A stretch of 58,906 bases of DNA from Chiloscyllium plagiosum (taxonomy: Eukaryota), in assembly GCF_004010195.1 (NCBI RefSeq), contig NC_057720.1:22651499-22710404 (forward strand), read 5' to 3'. Below are positions 13,102 through 26,057 of this stretch, piece by piece. Position numbers and translations under genes: made by a program. The notes below the pieces were generated by a model. The model did no database searches. It had not been told where the DNA came from and saw only the letters and a list, made by a program, of their open reading frames with translations. Positions within the stretch are counted from its first letter, which is position 1; the number at the start of each line of letters is the position of its first letter.

Positions 13102-13527
13102 ATTGATTGATTTATTACTGTCACATAAACTGAGATACAGTGAAAAGTGTTGTTTTGTGTGCTATACAGGCAAATCATACTATACCATATAAAGTGCATC
13201 AGTGTAGCAGAACTGAGTGCAGAATGCAATGTTATAGCAGAAGAGAAGGTGCAGAGACAGAGATCGGAATTAATATTTTAGAGATCCATTCAAAAGTCTG
13301 ATAACGGGAGAAAGAAGCTCTTCTTTAATTTATTTGCATGCATATTCAAACTTTTATAACTTCTGTCTGACAGAAGAGGGTGGAAGAGAGTATAACTAGG
13401 TTGGAGAGGTCTTTGATTATGTTGTTTGCTCTCCCAAGGCAGCAGGAAGTAGAGATGGAGTTAATAGATGGAAGGCTGGTTTATGTGGTAGACTTGGATG
13501 TGTTCACACCTTTGTGTAGTTTCTTGC
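13102..13527 (-). mobile_element. Rex1/Babar LINE 3' end
   Basis: Minus translation KLHKGVNT...TSLPSINSISTSCCLGRANNIIKD resembles the Rex1 RT C-terminus, followed by an (AATC)-type tail. Confidence 0.8.
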
Positions 13528-14752
13528 CCTTCCAATATTGACCCTTCAACCTCTGTCCTTTGACCTTCAAGATTTACTGTCACTTATGATTTTAGTTCCT
13601 TGAATGTAGGTAATAGATTGTGGGATTATACACAGTTTAAATTGCAAAAGCTATTTGTTTAAGTGTTGTAGAAATATCATTCTCCCTTGCCAGCTATTTT
13701 TAAGCTTTTGCCTGTTTTTGCTATTTTTCCAGTTTATTATGACCAGTTAGACTTAAAACAAAATACAAGTTTAAATTAGTTGCAAGCTACACTCATAAGC
13801 TTTCATCTTCTGTCAACTGACAGGCATCTTGCATTGTCATTAAACTTTTCAATCATGCTTCAGTAACAAGTATTTGAAAAAGCACAGGATGATTCCAAAA
13901 ATGATTTCTTACTTCCCACCTGGCACCTTTTTTCCAGAATAGTTTTCACAGATTCAAAACCCAGTCAAAACCATCTTCACATCAGCATAACATTTTTAAA
14001 GCTTACTTAATGCGACCCATCAGGACTGGAAGATTACTGTAAGTTATTTGCTCAGATCATAACCATTCTTGTTCAGCATGAATTTAAAATTAGTTCTTGT
14101 TCTCCACATTTCATCATTAGAGAAATCTTTAATCTCATTCTAAATGTCATGGAAAGCTGATGAAGTTTCCCAATGAACATGTTCTCGTGATATATTCAGA
14201 AAGGAACCCAATTTAACAAGATGCTATGTCATTGTTAAGTGTCAGAAAATATAATGTTGCGTTTGTAGTGCACTACAGGCATATAATGTGGTTATACCTT
14301 ATGCACAAAACATGCTCTGAGAATTAGGCAAAAGGACAACAAATGGTCAGAAATTGATTCTCACTTGCTAGCAGGGAATTGGAAACATTCCTTGCACAAG
14401 AACAAATAAATATTCTCTCCTCACATCAGCCCGCTACTGAGCCCTGACCTCATGTACACTGGTGAGCTTTTGGCTATACTTTCACAGTTTATTCGCAAAG
14501 AGGATTCCAATTGCTTCCCTGGAAGGAACTATCGTGTAGGTTTTCAGAATGGTGCATGGTAACCTGAGGCCAAAATCTGACCTAAATGTTATCATGGGAT
14601 CGGGCAGCTGGTTAATAAAGCGAAGATACACTGACCACATTCACTGGTTCTTGTGGTGGAAATCCTTTCAAAAAACTGAGACCGAAGCAAAAAGAACAAA
14701 ATTCAGCTCCCATTTCTTAAGAATGTGCTCCTATTGAAGACTTATTTGTTGA

Positions 14753-14840
14753 CAACCACCTGATGAAGGAGCAGTACTCCGAAAGCTAGTTCTTCCAAAT
14801 AAATCTGATGGACTATAACCTGGTGTCGTGTGATTTTTAA
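14753..14840 (+). mobile_element. Penelope-derived terminal fragment
   Basis: Same family as the 36181-36394 arm (aaataaa..tggactataacctggtgtcg). Confidence 0.75.
14760..14788 (+). ncRNA. Minimal type I hammerhead ribozyme motif
   Basis: CUGAUGA-A-GGAG(cagua)CUCC-GAAA-GC-UA. Palindrome AGCU replaces helix III. Confidence 0.75.
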
Positions 14841-15194
14841 ATTTGTTGTTAATGCTTCAGCACTTCATACAGAAGAAAACAAGAAGGTTAATTGCAGCAA
14901 ATCTACTCAGAGAAGATTTTAGCTGCGCAAAGAGGCAAAGAAAGAAGACAGAAGAGGTTCACAACATCACCAAACTGAGCTTTTTCTGGAACCAAAGAGG
15001 CAATTTAGGGCTCACAAAGCAGATTGCAAGGTTCTCTGAATTTTGTGGGGAGGAGTGAGGGTGGAGACAGGAAACAGGAACTGGATCTGTTTCTGGAAAT
15101 GAGAAACCCACCTTTGGTGGGATACTGATTAAATTCCAGATTTTCATGGAGGCGAGCCCTTAGTGATAGGGTGACAGCTTTCCTGCCTGAGTAA

Positions 15195-15790
15195 AGCTTA
15201 TATAGAACCCAGGTGAGGCTATAACAAAGGTTGCATATGCAGTTCTGGTCAGTGCATGACCAAAAGGAGATGATTGCTCTGCAGAATAACAGAAGAGGTT
15301 TACAAGAATGTTGGCAGGCCTTGAGTACTGTCGCTATGAGGAAAGTTTGGAGAGCTTAACGTTGTTTGCCTTCAAGGCCAAGGGCTGACTTTATTGAGGT
15401 GTAAAAAAAAGTTTGAGGGACCTGGATAGCATGAACAGGAACGATCTGCTCCCGCTAGCAAGAGGTAAATTATGATGGGGCTGTGGGGCGTGTTGGGAGA
15501 AGATAGGGTCAGGGCTTGGGTAGAGGGGGCATAGAGTTAAGGCATTTGATAGAGGGATTAGATAGGGTATTTGGAGAAATATGTTTATCCAAACAGTGGT
15601 GGGTACCTGGGATTCACTGCCCAGTTCTGTGATGGAGGCAGAAGCCACTAATCAATTTAATAGGAACCTGGATCTACCCCTGAAGTATTGTAATACAGCA
15701 GACTATCAATCAGCTGTTGGAAGGTGGGATTAGAGTAGATAGCTAGCTTTTCTCTCCCTCTCAGGCAGCACAGACACAAGGGCTAACTGG
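15195..15790 (+). mobile_element. Highly degraded CR1 3' portion
   Basis: Residual QFWS, RFTRMLAGL and WDSLP-type motifs plus 3'UTR. Confidence 0.65.
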
Positions 15791-16216
15791 CCTCTTGATG
15801 TGCTGGAAATGTACTATGGTTCTCGAGCCAGCAAGGGCAGTGATGGTGGAGATTGAGCAGCTGAAGAGAGGACTGAGTCATACATGCCCAGCAGCCAACA
15901 CTGAGGCTTTTGCTCATCCTATGGGGAATAGTTTGTGTCAAAATATTCTGTTGCATGGCAGAAAAGTGAGAGGTCACTGCAGAGTTGACCCAGAGATCTG
16001 ACCCTACTGTGCAGGCTACAACTCCCTTATCACTTCTGAAAGGGTAGCACCCATTTCCAGCTGCAATCATCCATGTGAATCCAACCAGCTCACAATCCAC
16101 TGCTTCAATCCCCAAATGACACCTCCCTAAACTGGCCAAGCTCTTCATGCTGGTTTTTCACCCCACCCCCAGCTGAGATGGGCTGCAACAACTTCAACTG
16201 ACCTAAGGTGCATTAG

Positions 16217-16321
16217 TCAGAGGGAAATGGGTCTGGGTGGGTTACTCTTCTGAGGGTCGGTGCGGACTGAATGGGCTGAAGGGCCTGTTTCCACACTGTA
16301 GGGAATCCAATCTAATCTAAG
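16217..16321 (+). mobile_element. HE1/HER1 3' tail fragment
   Basis: gggctgaagggcctgtttccacactgtag...aatctaatctaa. Confidence 0.8.
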
Positions 16322-18243
16322 AAACATTTCTGGGTTCCAAGACTCATCCCCAAGATGGTTTCTGCTGCTTTCTGCTGGTCTCCAGCACAGCAGCTCCTGA
16401 AAGCCAGCCACCTCCAACAAAATCCAAAATATTTTGGAAGATGGGCTTTTAGCAAGTTATTAACAATATTAATTGGGCTGATTTGGAGTGCACTCTCACT
16501 GGTGTTGAAGGAAATGGAGGTACAGCAGCCCGATACACTGCACTGCCGCTGTTTCCTAGTCACCCACATCCACTCTGGTCTGATTCAGGAAATGTGGCTC
16601 GAGTGCTGACCCAAGCAGTCTATTCTGGTTGTGAATATTTCTATGTTACGAGATGCAGCTAACAGAACCTAATGAGTATAAATGAACCGTCCGCATTTTT
16701 AATGGCCCTCATTAAATCTACATAAAAATGCATAGCTAATGAATTAAACAAATGTTTTATTCATTTGTCATGTATTATTTGCATTCAACAAAACAGAAGC
16801 ATAAGACATAGAGTGCCCTCCACTCATGAACAACTTTCTAACTCATTAGTTCACCATTTATGAAATGAATTTGATATATCAAAGATGAATGTCAATTGGA
16901 AATCATCCATTATATCATCGATGAGTAAATGATTTAGACATAATCAGCAATAATCTCATTTACTATGTCCTGTTACTCTACTGAGTTACATTTCATACCA
17001 AAAGATTCCACAAACTACCTGATCACTCTACATCTCACAGTGTGACTATTTCATCTGCTGAGGATGAACAGAATTGTCACCTGGGAGTTCTTTGTGAATT
17101 TTCTACTGTATTTTTAATAAAAAATGGCATATTTAATGCTTTGCAGTTTTTCTCAGAAGAACTTTGACAAACAAAATTTTTAGAATACTACAATCATTTT
17201 CCATATCAATGCAATTAAGTTGCATATTCGTGACAGATCTTCAGAAGTGTGCAGATGAAAAATAGCACTATTTCCTTGGAAGGAAATAGAAACAGTTTCA
17301 ATAATCTAATTGCTGCTGCTTTCAAAGGAATACTACAGCCAGAGGCTTGAAATCTTCAATACATTCTCCAGTTGATTTTTTTTTAAATTATAAAAATATC
17401 TTTTTGCAGAACCTGTTTGAAATTAATTTAAAAGAAGCTATTTACATTGCGTGCTGAAACGCTGTAATTAATTTAAATCTTACTGGCAGATATGTAAGTC
17501 AATTCTCAAAATGATGCAGAATAAAGAGGTGATTTGAGTTCTATTTTATATGTGCATTTCAGAAGATCTCAGAACAATGATAAGGAGTTAACATGAATGC
17601 CAATAATGTGATAAAATGTCACTGGGACCTCTCATCACCCTGCCTGTTGTCTTCTTTGCTAAACTTTAACAATAACTTAATTTAATTTAACTTGAAATTA
17701 TATTTTAACATTGCAATTTGTCCAAACCTGTGGTGTATCCATGCTAAATATCAACATCACCATAACATTTATTTCCTCTCTGCTTCCTTAGCACTTCCCT
17801 TTTTCCATTGTTAAAAAAATACACAAGCATACATTTAGATTTACAGGTTTTCCTTACAATGAGCCCAATGCCCAGATTTCTAATGGACACTGTCTATGTA
17901 AATTTGACATACACCTTGATGACATCCTGTTTTGGTGGAGGTGCTATAGGAATTAAAGCATCCACATAAGCAGTTCCCATTATAAATGTAAAGGTGCAAG
18001 CTTATTCTGGAAATATGAAAACTAACACATAATAAATTAGTTTAAAAAGGGAACTAAATTACATCTATATGCCATGGTCTAATTAACCAAACATCCAATC
18101 TGACCACACATGGTCTTGATTCTCTGTGTACAACTCCATGGAAATGGACAGTAAATATAAAAAGGCTATGACCGTTCCCCTTGTTCATTGTTTTGTAATA
18201 TAGGTCATGCCTAAAGATATTGCTTGCTTCAATAACTTTAATA

Positions 18244-18522
18244 TATTTTCTAATCAATCTGATCAGCAAAGTTATTACACATTTCTGGAGCAGGTAGAAT
18301 TTGAACATGCGTCTCCTAATCCAGAGGTAGGGACACTATCACTGCAGCACATGAACACTCTTCAATTACTTTTTCTTGTCGATTTTATTTATTTAACCTA
18401 TCTTCCTTATCAACCTGTTCAGTAGTGTTATTACACACTGCTGGAGCAGATGGGACTCTAACCCACATCTCCTAATCCAGAGGTAGGGATACTACCACTG
18501 AACCACAAGAAACCTCTTCAAT
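18244..18522 (-). mobile_element. Two tandem short tRNA-derived SINE units (about 18244-18365 and 18399-18522)
   Basis: Both contain tctcctaatccagaggtaggga. Minus strand shows A box TGGTTCAGTGG and B-box-like GGGTTAGAGTCCC. Confidence 0.7.
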
Positions 18523-18526
18523 TTCT

Positions 18527-19646
18527 TTAGAGTCATAGAAATGTACAGCATGGAAACAGACCCTTCGGTCCAACTTGTCCATGCCGACCAGATATCCTAA
18601 CTCAATTGAGTCCCACCTGCCAGCACCCGGCCCATATCCCTCCAAACCCTTCCTATTCACATACCCATCCAAATGCCTCGAAAATGTTACAATTGTACCA
18701 GCTTCCACCACATCCTCTGGCAGCTCATTTCATACACTTACCATCCTCTGCGTGAAAACATTGCCCCGTAGGTCTCTTTTATATCTTTTCCCTCTCACCC
18801 TAACCCTATGCCCTCTAGTTCTGGACTCCCTGACCCCAGGGAAAAGACTTTGCCTATTTATCCTATCCATGCACCTCATAATTTTGTAAATCTCTAAAAG
18901 GTCACCCCTCAGCCTCTGACGCTCCAGGGAAAACAGCTCGAGCCTGTTCAGCTTCTCCCTAAGCTCAAATCCTCCAACCCTGGCAACATCCTTGTAAATC
19001 TTTTCTGAACCTTTTCAAGTTTCACAACATCTTTCAGATAGGAAGGATTCCAGAATTGCATGCAATATTCCAACAGTAGCCTAACCAATGTCCTGTACAG
19101 CTGCAATATGACCTCCCAACTCCTGTTATCAATACTCTGACCAATAAAAGAAAGCATACCAAACGCCTTCTTCACTATCCTATCTACCTGCGACTCCACT
19201 TTCAAGGAGCTATGAACCTGCACTCCAAGGTCTCTTTGTTCAGCAACACTCCCTGGGACCTTACTATTAAGTGTATAAGTCCTGCTAAGATTTGCTTTCC
19301 CAGAATGCAGCACCTCGCATTTATCTGAATTAAACTCCATCTGCCAATTCTGAGCCCATTGGCCCATCTGGTCAAGATCCCATTGTAATCTGAGGCAACC
19401 CTCTTCGCTGTCCACTACACCTCCAATTTTGGTGTCATCTGCAAACTTACCAACCATACCTCTTATGACAAAAAGTAGAGGACCCAGCACCAATCCTTGT
19501 GGCACTCCACCACCACCCTCTGTCTTCTAGCTTTGAGCCAGTTCTGTATCCAAATGGCTAGTTCTCCCTGTATTCCATGAGATCTAACCTTGCTAATCAG
19601 TCTCCCATGGGGAACCTTGTCGGACGCCTTACTGAAGTCCATATAG
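18527..19646 (-). mobile_element. CR1 (HER1-like) LINE, RT to 3' end, with internal deletions
   Basis: [31 protein letters not shown] and LEYCMQFW motifs, plus HER1 tail. Confidence 0.95.
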
Positions 19647-20152
19647 GTGTTGGAAATGGCAGTGGACAATGCACTGTATCCCGAGATTAGTGGAGTGAAA
19701 GGTGAGGACAGGGGCTGGATTCTATCCTTGTTGTGGTTAGGTGGGTGGAGTTCAAGGGCAGAGATGCAGGAAGTGGAGGAGATGCGCTGGAGGGCATTGT
19801 TAATCATGTGGGAGGAGAAATTGTGGTGCTTGAAATAGGAGACGATCTGGGATGTCCTGGAGTGTATTTGCCCCTCCTGGGAGCAGATGCGGTGGAGGCG
19901 GAGGAATTGGGAATAAGTGATAACTGGGAATAAGAGACATTGGGAGGAGACATTGGCCAAGTAGCTGTGGGAATCGGTGGGTTTGAAATAGTGTCCATGT
20001 TGAGTCGGTCACCAGAGACATCCAGGAAGGGGATGGAGGTGTCCAAGATGGTCCAGGTGAACTTGAGGTCAGGGTGGAAGATGTTCGTGAAGTTGACGAA
20101 CTGCTCAGCCTCCTCTTGGGAGCACGAGGTGGCGCCGATACAGTAATCAATT
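19647..20152 (-). mobile_element. Penelope-like element RT fragment (frameshifted)
   Basis: IDYCIG...FHPDLKFTW...IPFLDVS and YSQFLRLHRICS are characteristic Penelope RT palm/thumb motifs. Confidence 0.88.
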
Positions 20153-22325
20153 AACAACGATGGCCTGATAGATTTGACCTTCCATAACTGCTCATTTTTA
20201 AAAATCTGTTCTGTTTTTGAGATGCCCTGGCAGTCTCCAACTTGCCTCAGCAGCTAACATGTTTCTACAGTGGGGGTGCTGACCAGAGGTTGATTGGAAC
20301 ATTTCTGTTTGACCTCCCACCTTTCTTTCTGGCCAGCTTATTGTCACCAACTGGACAGGACTTCTGAGGGTGTTCCTTAATTGACCATCTCCAGAAAAGT
20401 CACAACTGACATCAACCATGACTGCATTTTAGATTCTGACCTAGAAGTTAAGTTGACATCATGAACACAACTACTCCCCTTACTAGCTGATCACCTGCCA
20501 ACCCCTGACTATTCCCCTTTACCCATCCCAACATGGCTTTATTCCTCTAATCTAACCTGAGCAGCTAACTCCAATACCCATCTCATATAGAGGCCAAAAC
20601 TGCTCACAATATTCTAAATGCTGTCTGAGCAGAGCCTTAAACAGTATGAGCAGAACATCCCTGCTCTTGTCTTCTAGCCCTCTTGAAATGAATGCTAACA
20701 ATTCATTTGCTTCCTAACCACCAACAACCTGCATGTTAGCCTTCAGAAAATCTTGAACTAGAACTCCAAATCTGTGTTTCAGATTCCCAAAGCCTTTCCC
20801 CATTTAGAAAATTGTCCATGCCTTCATTCTTCCTATCGATGGGCATGGCCTCACATTTACCCACAGTGCATTCCATCTGCCACTTGGTTGTCCATTCTCC
20901 TCGACTGTCCAAGTCCTTCCTCATCCTCCCCACTTCCTCAACACTATCTGTCTCTATTTTTGTCATCTGCAAAATTAGCAACGATGCCCTCAGTTCCTTT
21001 ATCCAGAATTGTTGTGGTCCCAACACTGACCCCTGTAGAACTCCACTAGTAACCAACTGAAAAAGACGCCTTTATCCCCAATCTCTGCTTTCTGCCTGTC
21101 AACCAATCCTGTATCCATGCAAATATCTTGGCCTTAACACCATGGAGTGTTACCTTCTTCAGCAGCTTCTTGTGTGGCACCTTGCCTTCTGGAAAGTCAA
21201 ATAGATCATGACCACTGGCCCTCCTTTGTCTAACTTCCTCATTAACTCCTCAAAGAGTTCTAACAGATTTGTAAGGCATGACTTTCCCTTGAGGAAGCCG
21301 TGCTAGCTCAACTCTATTTTACCATGCACTTCCAACTACTCATAAATCTCATCTTTAACAATCGCCTCTAAAATCTTACCAATGACCGACATCTGGCTAA
21401 CTGCTCTATAGTTTCCTGTCTCATGCCCCCCCTTCCCTTTAAACAGGGTGTTACATTAGCCATTTTCCAGTCCTGTGGCACCTTCCCTGACTCCAGTGAT
21501 TCCTGAAAGATCACCACCAATGCCTCCACAATCTCCTCAGCTATCTTCTTCAAACCCTGCAGTGTAGTCCATCTGGTCTGGGTGATTTATCTGCCTTCAG
21601 ACCTTTTGGATTCCTCAACATGTTCTCCTGAGTGATGGCCACTATGCTCACCTCTGCCCCCTGACTCTCAAAGGTCTGGTATGCTGCTGGTGGTTTCTAC
21701 AGTGACCACTGACATGAAGTACCTATTCAGTTCCTCCCCCATGTCTTTGTTGTTACTTTTATTTCTTTGTTTCCCAATATTACTTCTTAACCTCATTTTC
21801 CAATATTGATGTTTGCCTTACCGTTTATATATATCTAAAAAGAATTTTGCAATCTGCTTGCCACTCTTATCTCTTTCTAACTATTTAGATATCTAAACAA
21901 AATGTTTACAATCTTCATTTATATTTCCAGGTAACTTACCCTCATATTTCATCTTCTCCCCCCTTACTGCCTTTGTAGTTATCCTCTGCTGGTTTTTAAA
22001 GGCTTCCCAATCCTTTGGCATCCCAGTAAGCTTCATCACACTGTATGCTTTTTCTTTTGTTTTTATGCTGTCCCTGATTTTGCTCACCAACCACAGTTGG
22101 CTTATGGTCCCCTCAGCATGTTTCTTCTTCCTTGGGATGTATTTCTGCTGTGCCTCCCAAATAACCCTCAGAAACTCCTGCCATTGCTGCTCCATCATCT
22201 TTCTCTGCAAGGCTCTCCTTTCAATCAAGGAGAAAGTGAGGACTGCAGATGCTGAAGATCAGAGCTGAAAATGTGTTGCTGGAAAAGCGCAGCAGGTCAG
22301 GCAGCATCCAAGGAACAGGGGAATC

Positions 22326-22353
22326 GACGTTTCGGGCATGAGCCCTTCTTCAG
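22326..22353 (-). ncRNA. Minimal type I hammerhead ribozyme motif
   Basis: CUGAAGA-A-GGGC(ucau)GCCC-GAAA-CG-UC. The mirror copy on plus at 22799-22826 has a disrupted helix II. Confidence 0.78.
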
Positions 22354-22355
22354 GA

Positions 22356-22655
22356 NNNNNNNNNNNNNNNNNNNNNNNNNNNNNNNNNNNNNNNNNNNNN
22401 NNNNNNNNNNNNNNNNNNNNNNNNNNNNNNNNNNNNNNNNNNNNNNNNNNNNNNNNNNNNNNNNNNNNNNNNNNNNNNNNNNNNNNNNNNNNNNNNNNNN
22501 NNNNNNNNNNNNNNNNNNNNNNNNNNNNNNNNNNNNNNNNNNNNNNNNNNNNNNNNNNNNNNNNNNNNNNNNNNNNNNNNNNNNNNNNNNNNNNNNNNNN
22601 NNNNNNNNNNNNNNNNNNNNNNNNNNNNNNNNNNNNNNNNNNNNNNNNNNNNNNN
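22356..22655. other. Assembly gap (300 N)
   Basis: Run of N between two inverted repeat arms. Confidence 0.99.
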
Positions 22656-23669
22656 TCCTGACCTCTCCGCCCCCACCCCCACTCCGGCCTATCACCCTCA
22701 CCTTAACCTCCTTCCACCTATTGAATTTCCAACGCCCCTCCCCCAAGTCCATCCTCCCTACCTTTTATCTTAGTCTGTTTGGCACACTCTTCTCATTCCT
22801 GAAGAAGCGGTCATGCCCGAAACGTCGATTCTCCTGCTCCTTGGACGCTGTCTGACCTGCTGCGCTTTACCAGCAACACATTTTCAGCTCTCCTTTCAAT
22901 CAACTCTATCCAGCTTCTCCCTATGTCGTTGCAGCTACTTTTAATGAATTTTAATCCCACCATATTTTCCCTCTCAATCTACAGTTGGATTCTATCATAT
23001 TTTGGTCACTGCTCCCTAAGGGTTCCATCACTTTAAGCTTCCTGATCAAATATGCCTCAGTATGCATCTAGTTGAATCTATGCATTCATCCTTAGTTTAT
23101 CAGAAGCTGAGCTGTTAATGTTCTTGAAATTCAGATTGGCAGTTTGGAGTGTCTATATACAAATGAATTTTCTGTCAGCATATTTGATACCAAGTGCCAA
23201 TGACAATCTAATGCAAATCATATTAAAGTTCAAAATCAGAAGTAACACATAATTGCACACTGAGCTTCCAGACAGTTTGTCATTTGATTTCTTCTACACA
23301 TTCTGCTTAGCACAAGGCAATCAGTTCCTTTCTGCACTTTTTTAAAGTAGTCAACAATCCATTTAAAACAGACTAAGTTAATGACTGGGCTAGAAAGACT
23401 GGAATTTAATGTCAACATTTTAAAAAGTCCATTAACAGGAATTTAAATCCATCTTATTTCAATTTTAATTCCAGTGTAAGTGACTAAGTTGCACAAGATC
23501 AATGAATATACTTCCCCATTTCTAAGCTTAGTTGCTACATGAATTATAGTACTCAATTAGTGTAAGGGGATGAGGTAGGCAACTTAATGTTTGACCAGCA
23601 GAACAGATTGTGCAGTCAATCGCGAGAGACCACAGAATTCTACGAGCATTTACAATGGAAATTACAATC

Positions 23670-23925
23670 CTTTTTTAAAATTTGTTCATGGGTTTGGGTG
23701 TCACTAGGCATGGATAGAAATTTCCTTCGTGAATCAGATAGGGTTCCCCCAAACCCTCCCCCAATAATGGTTTCACGCCATCATCAGGCTTTTAATTCCA
23801 GATTTATTTTTCATTGAGTTCAAATTTCACCATCTGCCACAACGGAATTCAAATTCATATTCCCACAACATTATCTGCATCTCTGGATTAATTATCTAGT
23901 GATAATAACATTAGACCATACCTGC
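23670..23925 (-). mobile_element. tRNA-derived SINE (second family), degraded
   Basis: Reverse complement of the 37495-37813 family (ttttaattccagattt, ttcaaatttcaccatctgcc). Confidence 0.7.
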
Positions 23926-25430
23926 TCTATAAATCCCTGTCTCTGCAATGTCTTCCACAGGGGATCTGGACCTTTGTTAGGAGGCAAGCTCTATACTACC
24001 TTAATCAATCAGATTAAAGATTAATGGTAAGGCATTTTGTGTCTCATCCAGGAAGTGTAAGTTAAATATTTAATTCACCATTACATCATGTGCAGAAAAC
24101 AAACTAAAAGTAAGTTAATAAAGGTGAGAATAAGGATTTAAAAAATGAAATTGAGAAATAAAGCAGAGAAAGAAAAAGATCATCAGTAATAAATAAAATC
24201 TGATGGAATGAGATTTCAAACTTATAAATATCAGTTTCAGTGACAGAAACCTTGATAAGCAGTACTTAAAACTTATAATGCCATTAAACATTTACATGAA
24301 TGAAAGTGCCTATAGTTCTCTAGAGAGTTTAGCTGGTATCTATCATGAAAGGACAACCACACACCTGTTTTAGTGCCCAGTCTTTGGGAGAGATATTGGT
24401 ATAAAGCAGTTTCAGGAGGAGCAGTTTCAGAAGTGTCCTGATGTGTATCCAACTGAGGACATTTGCTCACAGGAAATTGAAATTTGACTTACTTTTTAGT
24501 AACAATGAGCGCTGAAAAGTGTCACTGTTATATTCATGACCAAAATGGCTGGGCCATTTTGTTTTCTCTCTGTGAACAGTAATGTCCAATTAAAGATTAT
24601 TTCAATTTAATATGCAGATTTTGTTTACTATTGAGAGAAAAATACCAAATAGAGATATGAGAAGTTGCAAATCGGGCAAAATAATATTAGAACAGAAGGT
24701 CAAATATCACCACATTTGGGTATTTCATTTTTCTCCATGATTTAAAAGCTTATCTGGCTTAAAGGGCTGGATTTTATGCTCAGTTTGGTTTCTCCACACC
24801 TCAATATAAACTGTTGCGGCCCCAGACAAGACCAGCAAATGTTTGTTACAATCTGGTTAGGGAGCAGTATCATTCTTTTTAAATTTAAAGTTGACAAAGT
24901 GCAAAGCCTCAGATATTTGCTAAGAAAATAATGTCACAAGATTCCATGGCTTTGACAAACAAAGTAAACTTTAACTAAAACTTAGAACAGTATAACAATC
25001 AACTATATATCTACATACAAAGAGGCATTCTAACAATCGGAACTGATAAAATGTAAATATTAGTAGCAAACAAACTGGTCAAGTACCCCACTGACTTTAC
25101 TCATAAGTGCAAACATAATCAAGATAGATTGCACCTAGACATCAGTGAGACTAATGAGTCACCAAATTTCATTAAAATCTTCTCTCCTTTACAGGGCATT
25201 CTAATTTTTCACTTTCAAAGATCTGTCTTCAGTTTCCCTCAAAAGCAGCTTGGACTGCTACAATGACTGCTTTTAGCTTGGTAACTCAATCTCTTCTCTC
25301 AGGTCCAAGTTCCCCAGGACTACTGAGACTATTCCCAAATACCTAATTATGGGTACAATTTTAGTATTTATAAAACAGCTAGTTTAATCAAATTGCTGTT
25401 GAATTTCTTTACATTTACATCTTTCTCAGC

Positions 25431-25725
25431 AAGTTTTGAGAATACTTGTAGCTCAGGTTGAGGTTTTGGATGTAGGTTTTCTCACTGAGCTGGAAGGTTC
25501 ATTTCCAGACGTTTTGTTACCCGACTAGGTAACATCTTCAGTGGGCCTCAGGAGAAGCAATGCTGAAAATTCCTGCTCTCTATTTATATGAAACCCAAAC
25601 ATATAAATAGAGAGCAGGAATTTTCAGCATTGCTTCGCCTGTGGCCCTTTGAAGATGTTACTTAGTAGGGTAACAAAACGTCTGGAAATGACCCTTCCAG
25701 CTCAGCGAGCAAACCTACATACACA
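25431..25725. mobile_element. Penelope-derived fold-back insertion with paired hammerhead-like cores
   Basis: 121-bp inverted arms 25470-25590 and 25600-25720, 9-nt loop, perfect 14-bp TSD acatctttctcagc (25417-25430 and 25726-25739), core CUGAAGA-U-GUUACC..GGUAAC-AAAA-CGUC. Confidence 0.85.
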
Positions 25726-25849
25726 ACATCTTTCTCAGCTGCATCACGTTTGTGGGTTTCTTTCACTCTACTGTTAATGGTGCAATGCTATCAATGACTC
25801 CCAGAGGCTTCTTCTGCCATAAATGCCTGGTGTATGTGAACGGAAGACC

Positions 25850-25985
25850 CTGTTCTGAAGGGACACTGAACTCAAAACGTTAACACTGTTTTCTCTTCGC
25901 AGATGCTGCCAAACCTGCTGAGCTTCTCCAGCCATTTCTGTTTCTGTTTTGTTTCAGATCTCCAGCATCTGCAGATCTTTATTTA
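25850..25985 (+). mobile_element. Penelope-derived terminal fragment with decayed hammerhead
   Basis: ttctgaag...aaaacgttaac...cagatgctgcc...ctccagcatctgcag. Confidence 0.7.
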
Positions 25986-26057
25986 ATGTTAGGGCATGAG
26001 CCTTGCTAGGAGATGGCAACAGTACCATAGGTATAGAGGTGTCAGAGCATTTAGCGG

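Larger units (their letters stand above)
22229..22886. mobile_element. Penelope-like inverted terminal-repeat insertion spanning the gap
   Basis: Inverted arms about 22261-22355 and 22797-22891, C-rich 3'UTR like 54365-54498, perfect 17-bp TSD gctctcctttcaatcaa (22212-22228 and 22887-22903). Confidence 0.88.
20495..23055 (-). mobile_element. Degraded CR1 LINE ORF2, interrupted by a Penelope hairpin insertion
   Basis: EQQWQEF, IFQESLESGKVPQDWK, VTSGVLQGSVLGP and KWQME motifs in ORF fragments. Confidence 0.88.

Noticed and set aside
14000..14220. Minus-strand GTAAGC donor with exon-like upstream sequence
   Set aside because: In-frame stops and no recognisable protein similarity.
22271..22855. 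Long ORFs across the N run
   Set aside because: Artefacts of translating the gap.
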